This document shows, piece after piece, positions 27,701 to 36,638 of a stretch of DNA of 62,746 bases; position 1 is the stretch's first letter, and each line of letters begins with the position of its first letter. Source of the DNA: a virus (lineage: Duplodnaviria; Caudoviricetes); the IMG/VR virus record IMGVR_UViG_3300044971_000798, positions 1-62,746 of that record. The stretch is one strand, 5' to 3'. Position numbers and translations under genes: made by a program. A model generated the notes under the pieces. It did not search any database, was not told the DNA's origin, and saw nothing but the letters and a program-made list of their open reading frames with translations.

Positions 27701-29625
27701 AAATTAAGAAGGCGCAGATGGAACGGATGTTCCGCCCTAACAACGACTTGCTGCGGGCCGTCACCCCTGAGAACGCGACCGACTACATCCGCGACACAGT
27801 ACCTAACTACATCATAGCAGCCAGTAAGTTGCAGGCCCGTGAAGCCGTCCGCGATGACTTCAACAATTCACTAGATGGGTATAGCAACGAAGAAAAGCAA
27901 TACTGGAACGACACTTTTAATTACGCATCCACCCCGACGGAAGCTTTCGGTACGGGACGCGCGCTTGCCTTCCTCTGGTTCCTAGGCTTCAACTTCAGTA
28001 CCGCCGTCATTCAGTTTACGCAGAACCCGACCGTGATGGTGCCGCGCCTGCTTCGTGACGGAGCCGGGGCCAGCGCCCTGCGCTACTCGGCGTCTGCTGC
28101 CAAAGATGTATACGGCACACTCGACGTAATGAAATCCCTGGGCAAGGAACTTGACTATACCAAGAAGTTAATTGACCGGGGCGTATTGACTGCCGACGAA
28201 GTCACTGCTTTGAGGCGGGCCGTGAAGGACGGTCGCATCAATCCAGTGCAAGCCGTTGAACTTCGCAGCACCTTCTCCGCTGATGAAATGCGTAAGGCTG
28301 GCATTGCCGACAAGTCCGCTACGACCTTCGCCAAGAACGCCAACAAGATACTTGATTTGTCGGGCAAAATGCTTTCGGCAGTTGACGAAACCAACCGCGT
28401 GACTGCGTTCTTAGCAGCTTACCGTCTTGCGAAAGCGCGCCCCGAAGTGATGGCCCGCGCCAGCAAACTCGACAACCGCAATTACGCTACGCCCTACGAC
28501 TACGCTGAAGGCGTCACAAGCGACACGAACTTCCGCAGCACCAAAGAAGACCGTGCCCTGATCCAACGCTTCCACCCCATTGCTGAAGCCGCCACCCAGT
28601 TCCAAGGTCCCGTCTTTAAGATACTGGAACTATACACTAGAAGCGCGGCCCAGACAATTCGCGGCCTGCGCCAAAGCGACCCTGTCATGGCCAAGGCGGG
28701 CGCCATCCAATTTGCTGCCATGCTTTCAACCCAAGTGGCGCTGGCTGGTATATGGTCGCTGCCACTGGCAGAACGCATCCGCGAACTTGCCGAATTCATT
28801 CTGAAACTAGCATTTGAAAACGCTACCGACTTCGAACAAGAACTGGAACGCGCCCTCGGCAACGGCTTCCTAGCGTCCATGTTCAGCTATGGCTTGCCCC
28901 ACGCTTCCGGTACCTTGAGCTTGAACTCGCGCCTTAAGATCGACCCGCTACCCCAAGGCTCCGTTTCTGATTGGGATGTTCTTTCGTTCTTCGGTCCCGT
29001 AGGCGGGCTTGCAAGCAAAGCCGTAGATACATTCCAAGCCTGGAAGAAAGGCGACCCATGGGGAGCAATGGTTTCGTTCATGCCTAACGCTTTGGCAAAT
29101 ATTGCCAAGGGTGCGGAGATTGCAGTCAACAAAGAACAGTGGACGCGCGGCGGCGAACGCATGATTTCCCCCGCAGACGTCGATAAGGCATCACAGACAG
29201 GCTTCCTACCTCCGGCAATTCAACAGGCAATTGGTTTTGTGCCGCCTGAGTTTGCTGACATCCGGCGCGGGGCTACCCGCGTAGACGAATTGCGCCGCAT
29301 AAACCGCGACCCAACTGAACGCGCCAACCTAGAGCTTTCCCGCCTTCTGCTGCGGGCTTTGGAAGCGCGGGCAGCCGGGCGTGAACAAGACGTCGAACGC
29401 TTCTACAGAGAATACCAAAAGCGGTTCGCTGAAATTGACCAACAGCAAGAAAGCAAACCTGTTGCCCAGCGCGTAAACCTGAACCCGCAAGCTATCCTTG
29501 ATCGGGCGCAGAAAGACTACGCTGGCCGGGGCAACCCCGCCGTGCTTACCCGCCAGACCCGCGTTCCTGCCCGTGAAGAAGCTGCACGGATTGCCGAGGA
29601 AGCCCGCTGGCGCGAGCGTCAGTGA
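24724..29625 (+). CDS. Large internal virion/ejection protein
   Basis: 1633 aa; Gly-zipper N-terminal region, Pro/Ala linkers, helical C-terminus; last gene of the virion block. Confidence 0.7.
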   Translation: MPLYEVPLPNGTIVEIEGPPGVERQVQARAREYFRSAFPQEFESWRRTQVGLGSSITQGASRAVDEFQGQLYSAAEGLGQSLNMPSLQQFGREGRIEQALQAEAAQPQALRTPILESQGPGDVGRAAAEIVTGSLPQTATGIGGALAGARLGARAGARGALLGGFLGASGAGYLPTAGANIQRKVEEEAKRLGVTPAEVTQIPNPGESFIAAIPQVALESAADIATLGAGRFLGRPVGEAAGSLGQRLLRGAGVGAATEPLAEVPQAAIERYQAGLPITGPEANREYLEAGLGGAIAGGVLGGAARGAFGARPTPEAAPAPEAAPEPAPVPRGSVPAVGVAPTPPVAEAAPTPEPAPAPRFEPLTMPTRPEPLASVDQVEAFLAENPRFTPPVPLATPEATVAFVNAARVADWQQASTDMRQRAIDEFVAKPAQEADAETVAPSSRQAQASDFISNLAENAQLANVNLNSFTPADVARAALGARDLDPGRPSRAEQKAVSEQLNALADAGFLRKLSPKTFAVATEPVAPAPPTQTDVQQEIAAFNEQLATGTLTPETMQRMGAEVPAAPIQPQDEAALWRGYSLNAGPQARSPFVAQARNIAAIRQRPFTRPEFIDFAQQSSAAATPEARDQVYNDFINRRQAPTQAAAPQPAPTPAGDTPAAAAAAADPQSGAGKTTDTVEEALFSPPDNAPIKNLQASLDKQIVDGFRGGFMGKWFASPIATYSKNPIYKGSADQLDRFYVRNHQALTQSTEAYEPALRLSAESQARIALTLQDARSKQQMWDRSAFTPEENAAMDGILRSFQSLFNFYVDSSTASYFNPALAKTAEDRARLEAFQRKKGDRLIGQMPDEEVRAASPIGHQEVKRYERRRDAFFFPQIAQGSHFVAAYEKLPGNKKRLVRIYFYDPARNIRKVRQTVGLQRNFEDIAVKRLREEFPDSKRFYIMERGMEATRDENANNLRRDGDFIAQWLQELSKVSGAEAKQVIDRMTKEIKKAQMERMFRPNNDLLRAVTPENATDYIRDTVPNYIIAASKLQAREAVRDDFNNSLDGYSNEEKQYWNDTFNYASTPTEAFGTGRALAFLWFLGFNFSTAVIQFTQNPTVMVPRLLRDGAGASALRYSASAAKDVYGTLDVMKSLGKELDYTKKLIDRGVLTADEVTALRRAVKDGRINPVQAVELRSTFSADEMRKAGIADKSATTFAKNANKILDLSGKMLSAVDETNRVTAFLAAYRLAKARPEVMARASKLDNRNYATPYDYAEGVTSDTNFRSTKEDRALIQRFHPIAEAATQFQGPVFKILELYTRSAAQTIRGLRQSDPVMAKAGAIQFAAMLSTQVALAGIWSLPLAERIRELAEFILKLAFENATDFEQELERALGNGFLASMFSYGLPHASGTLSLNSRLKIDPLPQGSVSDWDVLSFFGPVGGLASKAVDTFQAWKKGDPWGAMVSFMPNALANIAKGAEIAVNKEQWTRGGERMISPADVDKASQTGFLPPAIQQAIGFVPPEFADIRRGATRVDELRRINRDPTERANLELSRLLLRALEARAAGREQDVERFYREYQKRFAEIDQQQESKPVAQRVNLNPQAILDRAQKDYAGRGNPAVLTRQTRVPAREEAARIAEEARWRERQ

Positions 29626-29638
29626 CCTAACTAACTTG

Positions 29639-29667
29639 TTGACAAAACGCGGGAAGACTATTATCCT
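29639..29667 (+). promoter_or_regulatory. Sigma70 promoter of the glycosyltransferase operon (predicted leaderless)
   Basis: TTGACA-17-TATCCT; ATG lies 7 nt downstream; no SD. Confidence 0.65.
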
Positions 29668-29673
29668 AGCGGC

Positions 29674-30441
29674 ATGTCAAAGTTTGCCTACTACATTGGC
29701 GTAGACCACCGCGAACCGGATGCACTGCGAGTTACCGAGGCGTCTGTCCGTGCCTACGCCAGCAAGCCTGTCGAAGTGAAACGCTTAGAACACATCGACT
29801 TGCGCCGCCGCCAACTCTTCGACCGTCCATGGCGTATCAACGAAGACGGCACTTACACCGACGAGCGAGACGGCAAGCCATTCAGTGTACAGTTCTCCCA
29901 CACCCGTTTCCTCACGCCCATCGTCGCCAAGCTTGACGGCGTCACTGACTGGGCGCTCTTCACGGATTGCGACTGGCTCTGGCTCAATGACATCCATAAG
30001 ATTCTCCAAGAAGCTGATAGCAGCAAGACGGTGATGGTGGTACCACATCGCTTCGAACCTGACAAGACCGTCAAGATGGATGGCCAAGTCCAATCCCGCT
30101 ACAAGCGGAAGATGTGGTCGGCCCTCATGCTTTGGAACCTGAAGTCCAACAAGCTGCCCACCGTCGAGATGGTGAACGAAGCCAGCGGCAACCACCTCCA
30201 CACCTTCGGCTGGCTGCAAGACAACGACATCGGCTATCTGTCTGAACGCTGGCATTGGATTCCCAACTACAGCCCGACGACGGAAGCTGCCCAGGCCGCC
30301 GAAGATCAGAACCGCCCCATTCCGGTGGATGCTGTTCACTTCACATTCGGGCCGCCTGTGCCGGGCATGACCAATCGGGAGCCAACTCCCTTCGATAACT
30401 TCTGGACCAACGAACTCACGGACGCTTACAATGCACGCTAA
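29674..30441 (+). CDS. GT-A fold glycosyltransferase (GT8-like)
   Basis: YIGVDHRE, FSHTRFLTP, ALFTDCD (DxD), WSALMLWN, VHFTFGPP. Confidence 0.85.
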   Translation: MSKFAYYIGVDHREPDALRVTEASVRAYASKPVEVKRLEHIDLRRRQLFDRPWRINEDGTYTDERDGKPFSVQFSHTRFLTPIVAKLDGVTDWALFTDCDWLWLNDIHKILQEADSSKTVMVVPHRFEPDKTVKMDGQVQSRYKRKMWSALMLWNLKSNKLPTVEMVNEASGNHLHTFGWLQDNDIGYLSERWHWIPNYSPTTEAAQAAEDQNRPIPVDAVHFTFGPPVPGMTNREPTPFDNFWTNELTDAYNAR

Positions 30442-32575
30442 GATCATCACGACCATTGGCCCCAAAGGTTGGGAAACCTACGGACGCCGCTTCGCAGAAT
30501 CCTATCGCAAGTTCTGGCCTGCTGACATCCCCCTGGAGATTTGGCACCACGACCTGGACGGTAACGTCCCGTCATTCGAGGGCGTCACCTTCCGTGCATT
30601 GGAAGACACGGCTTCCTTCCATAAGCTCAAGGCGCGACTGGGTAGCGAAGCCAAAGACGGCCCGTCCCTCCAGTACTGCTTCAAGGCTGTAGCTCTGGCT
30701 TCCTCGGTAACGCCGGAACTTGACTGGATTGGGTTCATCGACGCTGACACGGAAGCTATGCGGCACGTCGACTCCCAATTGCTGGAGCAGCTTTTTGACG
30801 ATAACGTCCATCTCACCTACCTCTACCGTAAGTCTGTTGCGGAAAGCGAAGGCTCATGGTTCGCATTTAATTTGGCGACTGTCAAGGGCGCATCACTGCT
30901 GGCCGACTACTGGGGCCTGTACGATTCCTTCGAAGCCTTCCACTACAAGAAAGCCCACGACAACGCAGTCCTTGACCGCCTAGTCCTGTTGCATCGCGCC
31001 CACGGTCTTCTGGTGAAGGACCTGTCGCCGGGCGCCTTGGGTTTAGATGCGTTCCATCAATCGACCCTAGGCGCCTATATGATCCACTACAAGGGACCGG
31101 ACAAACAGACCATCGCCAACCCGGCACTGGGCGCCCCGGCCCGCTACGAAACGCTGTGCGAATTGCTGACCGCTTCCATCAAGGCGACAGGCAAAGCCAA
31201 CATCGTTGAAGTCGGCACATGGAATGGTAGCCGCGCCATCCACATGGCCGAGTGCGCCTTCGCTTCCGGCGCCACCCAAGTATCCTACGTGGGCTTCGAC
31301 ACCTTCGAAGAAGGCAACGACCGCCACTACGAAGGCCACACCAAACCACACGCCAACTCCTGGCTGGTGGGCAATCGCCTTAACAATTACAGCCGACTCA
31401 TGTCCCGCAAGGGCTTGACTTTTGACTACACTCTGATAAAAGGTAACACTCTTGAAACCCTGCCCAAGTCTGGGCAAGTAGTAAAGGAAGCCTCCTTCGC
31501 CTACATTGACGGCGGCCACTCCTACGAAACCACCAAGTCAGACTACCACCACCTGATGCACGTCCCCTATGTGGTGTTCGACGATGTGATTGCCCAGCCT
31601 GAAGAAGGCGCGCCCGAAGGCCCCATCCGCACTTGGACGGAAGCCGAAGGCCAGAAGCGCATGATCACTAGCGGCGACGGCTACGCTGGCCTGAAGCAAA
31701 CCATTTCCTTTGGGCTTGTGGTGCGGCCCGGCTTCCCAATGCCAGACCTCCGCACCCGCATCCAAGTCAAGCCCGTCGATTCCGTCGACAAGGGCGAGCA
31801 GCTTCAGCACATTGCTGAAAACGGGAAGGCCCTCCAAAAGTGGATTGGCAACTATCAGGCCCACACCAAGACCGCGATCTTCGTTAGCGCCGGGCCTACC
31901 ATTCCCCAGTACCTTGATGAAATCAAACGCAGGCAAGCTGAGGGCGCCACTGTCTTCACCGTCAAGCATGCCTTCCCTACCCTGAAGAAAGCGGGCATCA
32001 CCCCTGACTGGACCGTGATCCTGGACCCACGTCCAATCGACGGCAAGTCCACGCACGGCATTATCAGAACCGACTTGTTCGCTGGCGCCGGGCCGGAAGA
32101 TAAGTTCCTGTTTGCAACGATGACCCACCCGTCAGTACGCACCTATCTGGAAGGGAAGGGCGCCCAACTCTATGGCTGGCACGCACACACTAACGCCACG
32201 CTACAGGCCCGGCCCCCGGCCTTCGACATTGGCACGGTAGTTATGGGCGGCACTTGCTCCGCCACCCGTATCCCAATGCTGGCTTTCGTGATGGGCTTCC
32301 GGCGCTTTGACTTCTACGGCTACGACTTCTTCTACCCAGAAGAAACCAAGCAGGACGACGTGAAGCAATCCTTCATGAAGGTGACGCTGGGCGCCGACCA
32401 GAAATCCTACCTGACTACGGGCGAACTGGTCGCCGCTATGCAGGACCTAGGTCAGTGGAACAAGTGGCTAGTAGAAAACCGCATCAACGTCACGTTCCAT
32501 GGCGAAGGCGCGGGCGCGGCGATCTGGGAACAGACCGTCAACAACTACACTGCACCAACGGAGTATCCGTTCTAA
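30431..32575 (+). CDS. Three-domain fusion: GT-A glycosyltransferase + class I SAM methyltransferase + Maf/DUF115-like transferase
   Basis: FIDADT; VEVGTWNG...GFDTF...YIDGGHSYE...VFDD; VSAGPT...GITPDWTVILDP...MGFRRFDFYGYDF. Confidence 0.8.
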   Translation: MHAKIITTIGPKGWETYGRRFAESYRKFWPADIPLEIWHHDLDGNVPSFEGVTFRALEDTASFHKLKARLGSEAKDGPSLQYCFKAVALASSVTPELDWIGFIDADTEAMRHVDSQLLEQLFDDNVHLTYLYRKSVAESEGSWFAFNLATVKGASLLADYWGLYDSFEAFHYKKAHDNAVLDRLVLLHRAHGLLVKDLSPGALGLDAFHQSTLGAYMIHYKGPDKQTIANPALGAPARYETLCELLTASIKATGKANIVEVGTWNGSRAIHMAECAFASGATQVSYVGFDTFEEGNDRHYEGHTKPHANSWLVGNRLNNYSRLMSRKGLTFDYTLIKGNTLETLPKSGQVVKEASFAYIDGGHSYETTKSDYHHLMHVPYVVFDDVIAQPEEGAPEGPIRTWTEAEGQKRMITSGDGYAGLKQTISFGLVVRPGFPMPDLRTRIQVKPVDSVDKGEQLQHIAENGKALQKWIGNYQAHTKTAIFVSAGPTIPQYLDEIKRRQAEGATVFTVKHAFPTLKKAGITPDWTVILDPRPIDGKSTHGIIRTDLFAGAGPEDKFLFATMTHPSVRTYLEGKGAQLYGWHAHTNATLQARPPAFDIGTVVMGGTCSATRIPMLAFVMGFRRFDFYGYDFFYPEETKQDDVKQSFMKVTLGADQKSYLTTGELVAAMQDLGQWNKWLVENRINVTFHGEGAGAAIWEQTVNNYTAPTEYPF

Positions 32576-32817
32576 CGGAACCGCTTGGCTAACTTGGCGG
32601 CGGAGGCGGGTTGCTTTGAGAATTGCTTACCCGCTTTTGTCGCCTTCCTTTTGGCAGCAGACGACGCAGCATACGTACTAGCTGGCATAGCTTTGATTGC
32701 AGCTTCTGGTAGATAGCGTTCACCTGTAGCTCCCGGTCCTTGGGTTGATGGCTTACCAGACTTGGTTCGCCACTTTTGTTTCGTCCAATCAACAAGCGAT
32801 TTCTGTGGGGCCTTCAT
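32572..32817 (-). CDS. Small basic protein (C-terminal half of a DUF5872-like domain)
   Basis: QKSLVDWTKQKWRTKSG...GERYLP. Confidence 0.65.
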   Translation of the reverse strand: MKAPQKSLVDWTKQKWRTKSGKPSTQGPGATGERYLPEAAIKAMPASTYAASSAAKRKATKAGKQFSKQPASAAKLAKRFR

Positions 32818-32996
32818 GACTTGTAGCCGCCGCCCTTAGCAGCGTATTCCTTAGCGAGCATTTGGGCTTTCCTGGCGCTCCAAGTTTGGGGCTTCCCGCC
32901 TTTGCCTCCAGCTTTGATCTTTTCGAACAACGCTTTCCGCATACCCGGCTTAGTGTAATTGCCTGCTTCGTTGACGCGGGATGGGGTCTTAGCCAC
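32814..32996 (-). CDS. Small basic protein (N-terminal half of a DUF5872-like domain)
   Basis: NYTKPGMRK...GGKGGKPQTWSARKAQMLAKEY..KGGGY. Confidence 0.65.
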   Translation of the reverse strand: MAKTPSRVNEAGNYTKPGMRKALFEKIKAGGKGGKPQTWSARKAQMLAKEYAAKGGGYKS

Positions 32997-33147
32997 GCTT
33001 CATCAGGCAGCCGCCTGCCTTCTTACAAGCAGCCGGATTGGGGCAGCCCTTGCACGGCACGAACCCACCCTTCTGCATCTTCACGGCCTTCTTTTTCATC
33101 GGCCCTTGCGTAACCTGCTTCGACATATTAGAACGCATCATAGCCAT
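32989..33147 (-). CDS. 52-aa basic Cys-rich protein (not in the ORF track)
   Basis: MAMMRSNMSKQV...MQKGGFVPCKGCPNPAACKKAGGCLMKRG; TGATG coupling to the upstream gene. Confidence 0.65.
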   Translation of the reverse strand: MAMMRSNMSKQVTQGPMKKKAVKMQKGGFVPCKGCPNPAACKKAGGCLMKRG

Positions 33148-34391
33148 CACTTACATCCTTTCGCCATGCCACCTTTGGCATACATTGCACGACCGCCGCC
33201 CATCATCTTCTTGACAGGCTTGGCCGCAACCTTACCGCCCTTCATCATCTTCTTGGGCGCGGGCACCTTGCCACCAGACTTCATCTTCTTGGCCGGGGAC
33301 TTGATAGCGCCGCCCTTCTTGAAGCCAGACGAACGCATGCGTTCCTTCTCGGCACCTGTCAGCGGCCCGCTATCCATGCCAGCTTCCATGCGGCCAGCCT
33401 TGCGCTCCTTGTCGGAGATTGGCTCGCGCGCACGTTCACGACGCATCACATCTTCGGCCATTTCCGCACGACCCTCTTGGGCCTTGGGAGATTGCATGCC
33501 CTGACGAATCGGGCCGCCTTCACGGTACTTCATAACCTTGCCACCTTTCTTCATCATGGTCTTGGACTTGATTTGGCCGCCCTTTTTGAAGCCAAGGGTG
33601 CGGCCAAGCTCACGAATGTCTTCGCGGAAGTTGCCAGTGCTGGGGCGGCCTTCGCCCGTTTCGTTGGTGCGACGAATACCCAGGCGCTCGAAGAACCCAC
33701 GCTCGGGCTGTTCATAGCCACCCTTCATCATGTCACTCAAAACAGCACCAAGAGCTATACGCTCAAGCTCACGCTGGTTCAGGGCATCAGCTTCAGATTG
33801 TGACGGACGACGCGCAGGCTGCTGACGGGTACGGGGACGCTGCACTTCTTCGTACGGAGGCGGCTCCATGTCCGGCAAATTATTAGGAATCGGCATCGAA
33901 GGGCGAGCCGGACCCTCGTCAGGACCCGTGTCGGGTGTGCGCGCAGGCATGGAACGGTACGCACGGCGGGCGGCATCGCCTAGGCGCATCGCTCCTTCAG
34001 CAGCACGGCCAATTGCAGCACCCCGTCCGCTTCCCATGGCGCGAGCCATCGGGCTTTGCATCGCACCGCGCATGGCTTCGGCAGCGCCGGGCGGCACACG
34101 GATGCTGGGCATACCTTCGCGGCGGACAGCAGGCAGGTTTTCGCCACGGGGTGAGGCGACTTCGCGGCCACCGGATGGAGCGGGCGGACCACCACGGCCA
34201 CCACCTTCAGGCGCGGCAGGCAGACGCTCTTGGTAGGGAACCACCGACCGCGTTGACGGAGTCATTGACGGGCCGGATGCTTGACCTGCGCGGCGCGCGG
34301 CTTCTGCTTCACGGGCGCGGCGGCCTACATTCAAACGCCTACGGGCTACGTCGCGGGGGTCTTCGCCTGGGCGACCAATATCATCAGCCAT
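33147..34391 (-). CDS. Disordered basic protein with nine [FYM]xxGG motifs
   Basis: 414 aa; R/G/P-rich N-terminus, K/M/G-rich C-terminal repeats. Confidence 0.75.
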   Translation of the reverse strand: MADDIGRPGEDPRDVARRRLNVGRRAREAEAARRAGQASGPSMTPSTRSVVPYQERLPAAPEGGGRGGPPAPSGGREVASPRGENLPAVRREGMPSIRVPPGAAEAMRGAMQSPMARAMGSGRGAAIGRAAEGAMRLGDAARRAYRSMPARTPDTGPDEGPARPSMPIPNNLPDMEPPPYEEVQRPRTRQQPARRPSQSEADALNQRELERIALGAVLSDMMKGGYEQPERGFFERLGIRRTNETGEGRPSTGNFREDIRELGRTLGFKKGGQIKSKTMMKKGGKVMKYREGGPIRQGMQSPKAQEGRAEMAEDVMRRERAREPISDKERKAGRMEAGMDSGPLTGAEKERMRSSGFKKGGAIKSPAKKMKSGGKVPAPKKMMKGGKVAAKPVKKMMGGGRAMYAKGGMAKGCK

Positions 34392-34859
34392 TTACTTTCT
34401 CCTAGATTTCTTGTTAAGAGTTACTTGGCCGCCACGGCGCATAGCAGTGCGTTGTCTTGCTGCCGCTGGCCCTTTAGATACATCGAATTGCTCAGGCGTA
34501 AAACGCATTTGCATGCGAGTCTGCGCGAACTTGGGGAACTGATCTTCGACCTGACCAGATTGATTTGGAAGCGGCAAATACTCAGGCGTCTTACGTTGCG
34601 GCGCCTCTTCCTGCTGGTTGCGCGTCTGACTTGCAGTCCGCGTTGAAGTTGATGTGCGGGTAACTGATCCGCCCGTCGCATACTTCTGGGGCTTAGGTTT
34701 GCCAGCTTGGCGGAGGGAGATGGCAACGGCCTGTTTGACGGCGGCCTTCTTGTTGGCTGGCTTTGAAGTGCCAATGCGCCCGCTCTTGGTGTAGTCTTCA
34801 ACCAGAGTGCGGATGTTTGCGCTGACGGTCTTTTGGGAAGAACCCTTCTTAAGCGGCAT
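34392..34859 (-). CDS. Basic protein (MPLKKGSSQKTVSANI type)
   Basis: Common phage N-terminus, KQAVAISL, YATGG, MRRGG. Confidence 0.7.
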   Translation of the reverse strand: MPLKKGSSQKTVSANIRTLVEDYTKSGRIGTSKPANKKAAVKQAVAISLRQAGKPKPQKYATGGSVTRTSTSTRTASQTRNQQEEAPQRKTPEYLPLPNQSGQVEDQFPKFAQTRMQMRFTPEQFDVSKGPAAARQRTAMRRGGQVTLNKKSRRK

Positions 34860-35358
34860 GCAAAGCTTCCTTTTCAGTTTCGTCTACGCGGCGCAGCCAG
34901 CCCTTGCCAAATACAGGAAAGGTCTTCAAGCTTTTGTAGAAGTCACGGCGCGCCTCGGATACCTTAGCAATGAAGTCGCGGGGGTCTATGGCATTGATGG
35001 CGGCCATACTCTTAGGCCCAAGCGCCCCGTCTTCTGCAACGCCTGCCGCCCGCTGCATTAGCTTGGCTGCCCGGCCCACACCTTTGTTGACTGCCATGTC
35101 GAAGGCCAACAGGTCGACGCCCGGCTTCAGTTCGTCACAGCGTACCGCATCCCAGTACTTAGTCTTATAGATGGCGTGAAGGTCGGCATCCGAAATGGCG
35201 CGAAGTTCTTCCTTGGCCATCGCCCGGCCCTTGAATTCTGAGAAGCTGGCCAAGGTCACGCCCTTCATAGTGGCGCCGCCCGGATCATCCCTGTGGTCGC
35301 TCCACAGCCCCTCGTGCTTCAGAATCAAAGCCAACGACTTGTCGAAATTCTCTTTCAC
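34849..35358 (-). CDS. Endolysin, glycoside hydrolase family 108 with peptidoglycan-binding domain
   Basis: HEG...DDPGGATMKGVT, IYKTKYW, FDMAVN, FGKGWLRRV. Confidence 0.92.
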   Translation of the reverse strand: MKENFDKSLALILKHEGLWSDHRDDPGGATMKGVTLASFSEFKGRAMAKEELRAISDADLHAIYKTKYWDAVRCDELKPGVDLLAFDMAVNKGVGRAAKLMQRAAGVAEDGALGPKSMAAINAIDPRDFIAKVSEARRDFYKSLKTFPVFGKGWLRRVDETEKEALHAA

Positions 35359-35873
35359 TTGCTGGCCATCCTATTCATAGCTTCAGTCTTTTCTTTGGAA
35401 CCCGCGCTGCTGCCAAAGTAATAGGCCATAATACCGCCCCAGGCGGTGCCAAGGGTGCCTAGCATCACAAGCATGGCCTCAGACCCACCCGTGGTTGGAA
35501 GACCATGGGTTAGCATGTAGAACAGAACACCAAAATAACCAGTCGTAACCGACCAAGCCAGGATGCGAGGGGTCCAGTCTTTGGTTTTGATTTCCCGGTT
35601 GCGCGCCGAGTTACGGTCTTCGTTGGCGATCCGCTCCAGATCAATGTCCAGTTCGCGCATGCGTACAGCAAAGTCTTGCTCGGCATTCTTCAGGGCAAGC
35701 AGTTGCTCGGGCGTAGCTTTGGCCGCAGCTTCCACAAGTTCCGTCTCAGTACCGTCGGGCTTTCCCAGCAGAGCTTCAGAGATGGCGCGGGTAGCCATGC
35801 CAGCCAGCGGACCACCGACGGCAGACGCAATAGTGGGCGCAACAGTGCGAACTAAATTAAGGAGCGCGTCCAA
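35355..35873 (-). CDS. Holin-like membrane protein
   Basis: VAPTIASAVGGP, DRNSAR, two C-terminal TM segments, YYFGSS; adjacent to the endolysin; TTG start inferred. Confidence 0.7.
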   Translation of the reverse strand: MDALLNLVRTVAPTIASAVGGPLAGMATRAISEALLGKPDGTETELVEAAAKATPEQLLALKNAEQDFAVRMRELDIDLERIANEDRNSARNREIKTKDWTPRILAWSVTTGYFGVLFYMLTHGLPTTGGSEAMLVMLGTLGTAWGGIMAYYFGSSAGSKEKTEAMNRMASK

Positions 35874-35874
35874 C

Positions 35875-36339
35875 TTATTTCTCCAGTACAAACGTCAAGT
35901 TCGGGTGACGGGGATACGTCACAGTGCGTTCGCCTTCGGGGCACTTGTAACGGATCGTCGCTAGAAGGGTTGCCCTACCGGGCGCAATGGTATCTTTGTC
36001 TGCAATATCAAGCATGTAGGTGAAGGTATCAATTTTGGGGCCAGCGGGGCCTGTAAAGCGGGTCATGCTGGGGGCGGCTTCATGAATGACGCTGGCACTG
36101 TCGCGGATCGTAACCTTGAAATCCTCGACTGAGCAGTCGTCGCGTTTCTTGATGCGGGCCACAGTGACAGCCACAGGCTGGCCGATCTTGGTATCAACGA
36201 TCCTGAAATGCTCCGGCGCCCACGCAATAATCTCGTTCTTGAACCAGCCAAACTTTTCACCCGCAGAATAGCCACCGACCGCCAACGCGAAAGCAGCCGT
36301 AAAGAACTGAACAACAGGCGTGATCTTAGGTAGCTCCAC
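35875..36339 (-). CDS. Membrane-anchored protein in the lysis cluster
   Basis: N-terminal TM segment, beta-rich domain with two Cys. Confidence 0.55.
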   Translation of the reverse strand: MELPKITPVVQFFTAAFALAVGGYSAGEKFGWFKNEIIAWAPEHFRIVDTKIGQPVAVTVARIKKRDDCSVEDFKVTIRDSASVIHEAAPSMTRFTGPAGPKIDTFTYMLDIADKDTIAPGRATLLATIRYKCPEGERTVTYPRHPNLTFVLEK

Positions 36340-36348
36340 GACACGGCC

Positions 36349-36603
36349 TTAACAGTTCCAGGCCCGCAGGCTTTTGTTGATGCGGGAGTTGGGATCATTG
36401 GCCGTCTTGGCGCTGGTCAACTTCTTCTTCATGCCCTTCATGCGGGCGCAAAAGGAATCGCGGCGCGGGCCACCCTCTGGTTGGGGAGCCTTCAAGCCGG
36501 GCTTGCCGGGGTTCGCACGATTGTAGGAGGCACGGCCTTTGGCATTGAGTCCACCAGCGGGATTCTTACCTTCGGCCCGTTGCCATGCTGGGGTCTTGGC
36601 CAT
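36349..36603 (-). CDS. Small basic phage protein
   Basis: AWQRAEGKNPAGGLNAKGR...RRDSFCARM...SLRAWNC. Confidence 0.75.
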   Translation of the reverse strand: MAKTPAWQRAEGKNPAGGLNAKGRASYNRANPGKPGLKAPQPEGGPRRDSFCARMKGMKKKLTSAKTANDPNSRINKSLRAWNC

Positions 36604-36609
36604 GCCTCC

Positions 36610-36638
36610 ATTATACTACAGTTAGTTCAATCTTTCAA
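36610..36638 (-). promoter_or_regulatory. Sigma70 promoter of the lysis/basic-protein operon
   Basis: Minus strand TTGAAA-17-TATAAT; ATG lies 7 nt downstream. Confidence 0.65.
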
